NCBI GenBank assembly: GCA_965199715.1
Contig: OZ241322.1
Location: 1,856,001 to 1,920,000 of the forward strand
Direction: 5' to 3'
DNA from: Vicinamibacteria bacterium
GTDB taxonomy: Bacteria > Acidobacteriota > Vicinamibacteria > Marinacidobacterales > Marinacidobacteraceae
DNA: 64,000 nt
The notes under the pieces were generated by a model, which had not been told where the DNA came from, searched no databases, and saw nothing but the letters and a program-made list of their open reading frames with translations. Positions 57,805 through 64,000 of this stretch are shown in pieces (positions within the stretch are counted from its first letter, which is position 1; each line of letters begins with the position of its first letter). The position numbers and the translations under genes are program-made.

Positions 57805-59058
57805 GTGTCCCCCTGGCGGCGAATCGGCTGGCGCAACCTCGGACGGAACCCGCGCCGGACGATCCTCACCTCGCTCGGCCTCGCGGTCGGCTACTTCGCG
57901 GTCGTGTTCATCATCGGCTGGGCGGGCGGGATCACCGCCGAGCTGGTCGAGAACGCCACCTCGCTGGTCGGGGGCGCGATCGAGGTCCACCACCGCGACT
58001 ATCTGCCCGACCGCGGCCTCTACGACACGCTCGGCGGGCGCGACGGAGTGGACGTCGCGGAGCTTCTGGGCGCGATCGAGGCCGCGCCCGGGGTCGTGGC
58101 GGCGGCTCCCCGCGTGTACGGGGGCGGCCTCGTCAGTTCCGGCGACGCCACCGCCGCGGGGGCGCTGTACGGCGTGGACCCCGAACGGGAGACGCGGCTG
58201 ACCCGCTTCCTCGATCCGCTCGTGGCCGGCCGGCTCCCGTCCGCCGGAGCGGGCGAGGTCGCGGTCGGCGAGGAGATGGCGCGGCAGCTCTCGGTCGAGG
58301 TCGGAGACGAGCTCGTCGTCGTCGCCTCGGCGGCCGACGGCTCCATGGGGAACGACCTCTTCACCGTGTCCGGCGTGTTCCGCACTGGGCTGATCGAGTT
58401 CGACGCCGCCACCGCGGTCCTGCCGCTCGGGGACCTCCAGACGCTCATGGCGCTGCCTCCCGGACGCATCCACCAGGTGCTCGTCGGCGTCGCCGATCCG
58501 ACGGACGCGCCGGCGGCCGCCGATGGCGTCGCCCGGGCGATCGGGGCGGAGTCCCGGGAGATCGCGGCGGCCCCGTGGACCGAGCTCAACCCGGTCCTGC
58601 GCGACTACGTGGCGCTCGCGGGCTCCATGTACTGGCTCATCATCGTGATCGTCTTCGCGATGGCGAGTTTCGGCGTCGCGAACACGATGCTCATGGCCAG
58701 CTTCGAGCGCCGGCGCGAGTTCGCGGTCATGCTGGCGCTCGGCGCCGGCCCGCGGGCGGTCGTCGCCACGGTGCTCGGCGAGGCCTTCGCCATCGGGTGC
58801 GCGAGCCTCGCGATCGGCGGCGCGATCAGCTTCCCGCTGATCGCGTGGTTCTACGCCGCGCCCCCGAGCCTCGCCGGAGTCTGGGGGAACGTGACGCTCC
58901 AGGGGGCGCTGCTCACCCCCAGCCTGCGCGTGGGCCTCGATCCGGTCGGGTGGGCGTGGGCCACCGTCGGCCTCCTTCTCACCGCGGTGCTCGCCGGGCT
59001 CTATCCGGCGATCAAGGCGTCGCGCACCCCGCCCGCGGACACGCTCGCCGGCCACTGA
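57805..59058 (+). CDS. ABC permease, LolC/E-MacB (FtsX) type
   Basis: WRNL.RN.RRT.LT, NT.LM...ERRREF..M.ALG, YPA.KA. Confidence 0.88.
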   Translation: MSPWRRIGWRNLGRNPRRTILTSLGLAVGYFAVVFIIGWAGGITAELVENATSLVGGAIEVHHRDYLPDRGLYDTLGGRDGVDVAELLGAIEAAPGVVAAAPRVYGGGLVSSGDATAAGALYGVDPERETRLTRFLDPLVAGRLPSAGAGEVAVGEEMARQLSVEVGDELVVVASAADGSMGNDLFTVSGVFRTGLIEFDAATAVLPLGDLQTLMALPPGRIHQVLVGVADPTDAPAAADGVARAIGAESREIAAAPWTELNPVLRDYVALAGSMYWLIIVIVFAMASFGVANTMLMASFERRREFAVMLALGAGPRAVVATVLGEAFAIGCASLAIGGAISFPLIAWFYAAPPSLAGVWGNVTLQGALLTPSLRVGLDPVGWAWATVGLLLTAVLAGLYPAIKASRTPPADTLAGH

Positions 59059-60335
59059 TGCCGCTCCGCCTCCTCCTCGTCCTCGCCCTGCGCAACCTGC
59101 GCCGCCAGTTGCGGCGCTCGATCCTCACCGCGGCCGCGATGGCGTTCGGCGGCGTGCTCATCGTCTTCACGTTCACCCTTTCCGACGGCAGCCACGAGCA
59201 GTGGATCGACTCGGCGGTGCGCCTCGGCAGCGGCCACGTCACGGTGGAGCGCCCCGAGTACCGGCTCAGCCGGCGCATCGACGACCGCCTCGACGACGAG
59301 GTTCGCGCCGCCGCCGAGGCGGCGCTCCGGTCGCCGGGGATCGCCCCGGACGTCGTCTCGGTGTCCGCGAGGCTCAACGTGAACGGCCTCGCCGGGTCCG
59401 CCGCCGGGGCGCGCCCGGCGCGGATCGTTGCGGTCGATCCCGTCGCCGAACGGGATTTCGGGCCGGTGGACGACGAGATCGTCGAGGGCCGCTATCTCGA
59501 ACCCGGGGATCGGCTCGCCGCCGTGGTCGGAGTCGAGCTGCGCGACGCGCTCGACCTGCGGCTCGGTTCGCGGCTCGTGGTGCAAGCGCAGGACGCCGAG
59601 CGCGAGATCGCCGGGCAGTTGCTCCGGGTGGTCGGCGTGTTCGAGACCGGGTCGCCCGGCGTGGACCGGGGCGTGATCCACATGCCGCTCGAAGTCGGCG
59701 GCGAGTGGCTCGCGTCGGGAAGCGGAGTGACCAACATCGCGGTGGCGCTCGAAACGAGCCGCGCGACGGGTCGCGTGGCCGAGCGGCTCGCCGAGGCGCT
59801 CGCGGGGCCGCTTGGGGAGAACCGGGCGAGCGTGCTCGGCTGGCGGGAGACGGATCCGGCGCTCGCGTCGGCGCTCGCGATCGACGCGCTCGGCAACTAC
59901 CTGATGCAGGGGTTCCTGTTTCTCATCATCGCGTTCGCGATCGTGAACACGGTGCTCATGTCGGTCATGCACCGCAACCGCGAGTTCGGCGTGCTGCGGG
60001 CGCTCGGGGTCACCCCCGGCCAGAGCGGGGCCATCGTTCTGATCGAGGGCCTGACGCTGTCCGCGCTGAGCGGTCTCGCCGGAGTCGGGGCGGGACTCCT
60101 GCTCACCCAGGGGCTCTTCGGGGACGGGCTGGACTTTTCGGTCCTGCTCGGGGACATGGACCAGATGACCTTCTCCGGCGCGGTGGTCGATCCGATCATC
60201 ATGCCGCTGTTCCGACCCGCCCGGCTCGTCGGGATCACGCTCTTCATCCTCGTCGTGGGCTTCGCCGCCTCGGTGTACCCGGCGCTGCGGGCGGCGCGGA
60301 TCGACATGACCGAGGCGGTCAAATTCGACCGATAG
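59058..60335 (+). CDS. Second LolC/E-type ABC permease
   Basis: ALRNL.R..RRS.LT, NTVLMSV..R.REFG..RALG, YPA.RAA. TGATG overlap with the previous gene. Confidence 0.88.
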   Translation: MPLRLLLVLALRNLRRQLRRSILTAAAMAFGGVLIVFTFTLSDGSHEQWIDSAVRLGSGHVTVERPEYRLSRRIDDRLDDEVRAAAEAALRSPGIAPDVVSVSARLNVNGLAGSAAGARPARIVAVDPVAERDFGPVDDEIVEGRYLEPGDRLAAVVGVELRDALDLRLGSRLVVQAQDAEREIAGQLLRVVGVFETGSPGVDRGVIHMPLEVGGEWLASGSGVTNIAVALETSRATGRVAERLAEALAGPLGENRASVLGWRETDPALASALAIDALGNYLMQGFLFLIIAFAIVNTVLMSVMHRNREFGVLRALGVTPGQSGAIVLIEGLTLSALSGLAGVGAGLLLTQGLFGDGLDFSVLLGDMDQMTFSGAVVDPIIMPLFRPARLVGITLFILVVGFAASVYPALRAARIDMTEAVKFDR

Positions 60336-60345
60336 GGGACCTGCG

Positions 60346-61041
60346 ATGGCGAACGAACCGGCGGTCCGGACCGAGAATCTGTGGAAGGTCTTCACCCAGG
60401 AGGCCGAGGAGGTCCACGCGGTCCGGGGCGTGGACCTCGCAGTCGCGTCGGGCGAGTTCACGGCGCTCGCCGGCCCCTCGGGATCCGGCAAGACCACGTT
60501 GCTGAACCTGATCGGCGGCCTCACCCGCCCGACGAGGGGCGACGTCTTCGTGGCGGGGAAGGCGCTCGGCGGCCTGAGCAACCGGGAGCTCGCGCTGCTG
60601 CGCCTGAGCCAGGTCGGATTCGTCTTCCAGGCGTACAACCTGCTTCCGGTGCTGAGCGCGTTCGAGAACGCCGAGTTCCCGATGCTGCTCCAGGGCGTAC
60701 CGCCCGACGAGCGGCGCAAGCGCGTGGACGAGCTCTTCCGCCGCACCGGAATGGAGGGCCTCGAGGACCGGCGCCCGGGCAAGCTCTCGGGCGGGCAGCA
60801 GCAGCGCGTGGCCGTGGTGCGGGCGGTCGCGAGCCGCCCGGCGCTGGTGCTCGCCGACGAGCCCACCGCGAACCTCGATTCGGCGACGAGCGACGCGCTG
60901 CTCGACGTGATGGACGAACTGAACCGCGACCTCGGCGTCACCTTCGTCTTCGCGACGCACGACGCGCGGGTGATGGAGCGGTCCCGGCGGCTGATCCGGA
61001 TGGTGGACGGCGCGGTCGCGAGCGACGGGCGGCGTTCGTGA
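60346..61041 (+). CDS. ABC ATP-binding protein, LolD-like
   Basis: GPSGSGKTT, GFVFQAYNL, LSGGQQQR, LADEPTANLD, ATHD. Confidence 0.92.
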   Translation: MANEPAVRTENLWKVFTQEAEEVHAVRGVDLAVASGEFTALAGPSGSGKTTLLNLIGGLTRPTRGDVFVAGKALGGLSNRELALLRLSQVGFVFQAYNLLPVLSAFENAEFPMLLQGVPPDERRKRVDELFRRTGMEGLEDRRPGKLSGGQQQRVAVVRAVASRPALVLADEPTANLDSATSDALLDVMDELNRDLGVTFVFATHDARVMERSRRLIRMVDGAVASDGRRS

Positions 61042-62189
61042 GGCGCGCCGCCCTTCTGGCTGGCCTGCTCGGCGCGGCCGTCCCCGCAGCGGCGCAGCCG
61101 GTGACCGGGTACTTCCAGACGGTCCCGATCGCCGCCGACGGCGGCCTGCTCGCCGACTTCACCCGCCTCCGGCTCGCGAGCGACGCGGAACTCGGCGCCT
61201 TCCGGTTCGAGGTCGCGTGGGAGCACGTCCTGACGCTGCGGCGCAACGACGTGCTGCCGGGGTTCACGCTGGGAACCGCGCCCGGCGGCGGGGAGTGGCT
61301 CGACCTCGAATGGACGCTCGCCGAGGGCGAGCACGGGGAATGGCGGCACCGGTTCGACCGGCTCAGCGTCTCGTGGACTCCCGCCGAGACCCTCGAGATC
61401 CGCGCCGGACGGCAGGCGGTCTCGTGGGGCACAACGCTGTTCCTGACCCCGGCCGATCCGTTCACCCCGTTCAACCCGGTGGACCCGTTCCGGCAGTTCC
61501 GGGCCGGCGTCGATGCAGCGCGGGTGCGCTTCTACCCCGGCGCGCTCAGCGAACTGGATCTGGTCGTGCGCCCGACCCCCTCGCCGGACGGAGACGAAAT
61601 CACCGCGGTGGCGCGCGGCCTGACCACCGTGCGGAACTGGGAGATTTCCGGATGGGCCGGCGCGCTCTACGGCGATCCGGCGGCGGCGGGCGCGTTCGCG
61701 GGCGCGCTCGGCGCGTGGGCGGTGCGCGGCGAGACCACGCTCCGAAGCCTCGAGGATCGCACGGCCTTCCGCGGCGTTCTCGGCGTGGACCGCGTGCTCA
61801 AGCTCGCCGGGCGCGACTTCTCGATCGCCGCCGAATACCAGCGCGACGGACTCGGCGCGGCCGACCCCGCGGAATATCTGGACGTGCTGCGGTCGGACTC
61901 CTTCCGGCGCGGCGAACACCAGGTGCTCGGACGCGACGAGGCCGTGCTCCAGGCGTCGTACGCCCTCCACCCGCTGTGGAGCATGAGCGGCCTGTGGTTG
62001 GTGAACCTCAACGACGGCAGCGGCGTCCTCGGCCCCGCGCTCGGCTGGTCCGTAGGCGAGGAGTTCAACCTTGCGGCGGGCGCGTTCCTCGGCTTTGGGG
62101 CCGACGACCAGACTCTCGCGCGCCCCATCCCGTCCGAGTACGGCCTGGCCAAACTGACCGGGTACGTGTCGTTCAGTTGGTATTTCTGA
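61038..62189 (+). CDS. Putative outer-membrane beta-barrel protein
   Basis: Signal peptide, DRL, GRQ.VSWG, P.D, GVDA, and aromatic C-terminus YVSFSWYF. Confidence 0.72.
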   Translation: MRRAALLAGLLGAAVPAAAQPVTGYFQTVPIAADGGLLADFTRLRLASDAELGAFRFEVAWEHVLTLRRNDVLPGFTLGTAPGGGEWLDLEWTLAEGEHGEWRHRFDRLSVSWTPAETLEIRAGRQAVSWGTTLFLTPADPFTPFNPVDPFRQFRAGVDAARVRFYPGALSELDLVVRPTPSPDGDEITAVARGLTTVRNWEISGWAGALYGDPAAAGAFAGALGAWAVRGETTLRSLEDRTAFRGVLGVDRVLKLAGRDFSIAAEYQRDGLGAADPAEYLDVLRSDSFRRGEHQVLGRDEAVLQASYALHPLWSMSGLWLVNLNDGSGVLGPALGWSVGEEFNLAAGAFLGFGADDQTLARPIPSEYGLAKLTGYVSFSWYF

Positions 62190-62394
62190 CGCGGGGCCGC
62201 AAACCGTTCCCGCTTGGGTGCGCCCGACGGAACCATGCCACAGGCAACGAAGCCGCCGACCCGCCCCTCCTGTCCTTCAGGACCACGTAGACATCTCATC
62301 CGCACAACGCCTCGTCCGTCCGGAATCGGTGCCCGCCGCTACGCTCGGAACGCTCCGCAGTACCGCGTGGCGCGGCATACAATCCACTGTCACC

Positions 62395-63429
62395 ATGCCG
62401 AGCACGTATCAGACGATTCCGACCTCTCGAATTGACTTCGACCGGGAAAACCCACGGATCAAGGTTGCCTTGGAAAAGTACGGCGACAAGCTCAATGAGC
62501 CCCGCATCCGATTCGCGCTGCAGACCGCCACGGAGGGGTCGGCCAGTGCGTCCTCCTATCGCGCCCTAAAGGACTCCATCAGAGCGGCGCAAGGCATTTC
62601 CGTGCCAATCGTCCTGAAGCCTCAGGATGACCGTTTCGTGTGTATTGACGGCAACACCCGCTTGGCAATCTACCAAGAGCTCCACGACGAGAGTCCCCAC
62701 GTAGGATGGGACACCATAGACTCCCTGGTTTTGGAGCATCCCACTCCCGTAGATATTGAAACGATTCGCGTTACCGCACATCTTGTGGGCGCACGTGAAT
62801 GGCCCGCATACGAAAAGGCGCGCTATCTTCACCATCTGCGCAATGTCGAATTCATGAGTTACGACGAGTTGATCGCACGATGCGGTGGGAACAGAAAAAC
62901 AATCGATCAGCAAATTGATGCCTTCCATGACATGAATGAGTACTATCGAGACTTGGGGAGTGACGATGCGTTCCGAGTCGATCGCTTCAGCGGATTCGTC
63001 GAGTTGCAAAAGCGAGGCATCAAGGAAGCCATCTTTGACGCTGGTTTCGAACTTACGGACTTCGGTGGCTGGATTCGCACGGGCAAGATCTACAAGCTGG
63101 CCGATGTCCGTATGCTGCCCCGCGTCCTCGCTGATCCAGAAGCGCAGGAGGCCTTGGTCGAGGGCGGGATTCGTGCAATAGAGCGCGCCAATGACATCGC
63201 AACGAGAAACCGCCGTCCCAGCGCGCGCTCTTCGGCTGCTGAGCTCGCAGTGGCCGATGCCGGTCTCACGCTGTTGGCGGAGGCACTTCAACAGAAAATC
63301 AACGCTCTACCACGAGAGGAGTTCCTAGCGCTTCGCGATCGGCGCGGCGATACAGAGTCGCAAGCTGTAGATGCCTTGGAGATTCTCGCGACGTCGCTTC
63401 GGGACCTTCTTCAAGATGTCACCAAGTAG
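62395..63429 (+). CDS. ParB/Srx-like N-terminal domain protein
   Basis: FDRENPR, L..SI...GI..PIV, VCIDGNTRL, W..YEKARYL. Lower GC than the backbone, TACAAT upstream. Confidence 0.75.
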   Translation: MPSTYQTIPTSRIDFDRENPRIKVALEKYGDKLNEPRIRFALQTATEGSASASSYRALKDSIRAAQGISVPIVLKPQDDRFVCIDGNTRLAIYQELHDESPHVGWDTIDSLVLEHPTPVDIETIRVTAHLVGAREWPAYEKARYLHHLRNVEFMSYDELIARCGGNRKTIDQQIDAFHDMNEYYRDLGSDDAFRVDRFSGFVELQKRGIKEAIFDAGFELTDFGGWIRTGKIYKLADVRMLPRVLADPEAQEALVEGGIRAIERANDIATRNRRPSARSSAAELAVADAGLTLLAEALQQKINALPREEFLALRDRRGDTESQAVDALEILATSLRDLLQDVTK

Positions 63430-63865
63430 CGAGCATCAGCGGCTCACCGCTGTGACCGCCCGCGCCCTCAGGGTGCTCTACCCAAACTGGGACTTCAGGA
63501 TTGACCTTCCAGGGGAGCGGGTGCCGCGACTGCTCGGCGGTTATCGCCCCGATATTCTGGCGTGGAGCCCGGAGGATGGCGTCCGGCGAATCGTCGCCGA
63601 AGCGAAGACCGATGGCGACGTGGACAATCCCCACACACGCGCTCAGCTCCGCAGCTTTGTGGATTATCTCATTGGAGACTCTGTGCGTCAGGGCACGCTC
63701 ATTCTTGCCATCAACCCAGTCGCGGCTCCGACGGCGGTTCGCGTTCTACGCCTTCTGTGCGGTGGACACACGTCGCGGAATTTGCGCGTCTGGTACTTCG
63801 ACGGATTGGATTTCTGGGAGCGCGCCGCACACGGCGGGGGCGACTTCAGTTGGCATTTGCGCTGA
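63416..63865 (+). CDS. Small PD-(D/E)XK nuclease-like protein
   Basis: S.EH..L, GYRPDILA, IVAEAKT..D....HT..QL. Overlaps both neighbours. Confidence 0.62.
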   Translation: MSPSSEHQRLTAVTARALRVLYPNWDFRIDLPGERVPRLLGGYRPDILAWSPEDGVRRIVAEAKTDGDVDNPHTRAQLRSFVDYLIGDSVRQGTLILAINPVAAPTAVRVLRLLCGGHTSRNLRVWYFDGLDFWERAAHGGGDFSWHLR

Positions 63866-64000
63866 GGCGAAAGCCGACGCTTTCGCCGATACACGCGGCG
63901 TACCCGTACCAACTGGACGCCGTGCGGGCGCTGGAGGATCGGCCCTACGCCGCTGTCTTCCATGAGCAGGGTCTCGGCAAGACGAAAATTGCGATTGACC
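63850..64000 (+). CDS. SNF2-like / SF2 helicase, N-terminus (runs off window)
   Basis: Not in the ORF track. TTG start, then ...AYPYQLDAV...AAVFHEQGLGKTKIAID (Q motif plus Walker A). Confidence 0.75.
   Translation, partial: MAFALRRKPTLSPIHAAYPYQLDAVRALEDRPYAAVFHEQGLGKTKIAID

Noticed and set aside
62190-62394. tRNA or att site at the edge of the lower-GC island
   Set aside because: No cloverleaf, T-loop motif, direct repeat or integrase is visible within the window.

Overview
A very GC-rich, gene-dense bacterial window. The GWxTD protein and the ccm gene layout suggest Acidobacteriota, but that is inference. The backbone is intact metabolic and envelope genes: two DUF5916 barrels, HisN/IMPase, amidohydrolase, desaturase, citrate synthase, IspG, PxpA plus fused PxpBC, TesA-YbbAP, MsrP, AlkA and a LolA-like/ABC/barrel operon. 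It also carries a split System I*-type ccm cluster (CcmE with CxxxY) and a CP-ATP-grasp/alpha-E/transglutaminase operon joined to an anti-sigma/STAS pair. Four decayed defence-type islets are interspersed: back-to-back AIPR and Vsr stumps, two frameshifted R-M loci and a broken COG1373 ATPase. The right edge starts a lower-GC, apparently intact operon (ParB-like, small PD-(D/E)XK-like protein, SNF2 helicase). Signals missing from the ORF track are a 28-aa ribosomal protein Thx gene whose CGA-AAG-TAG end could -1 frameshift into a methyltransferase, a perfect 22-bp palindrome over a COG1373 start codon, and repeated leaderless-type TANNNT promoters. No rRNA, tRNA, CRISPR array or transposase was recognised. 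All family calls come from motif recognition by eye, not database searches.
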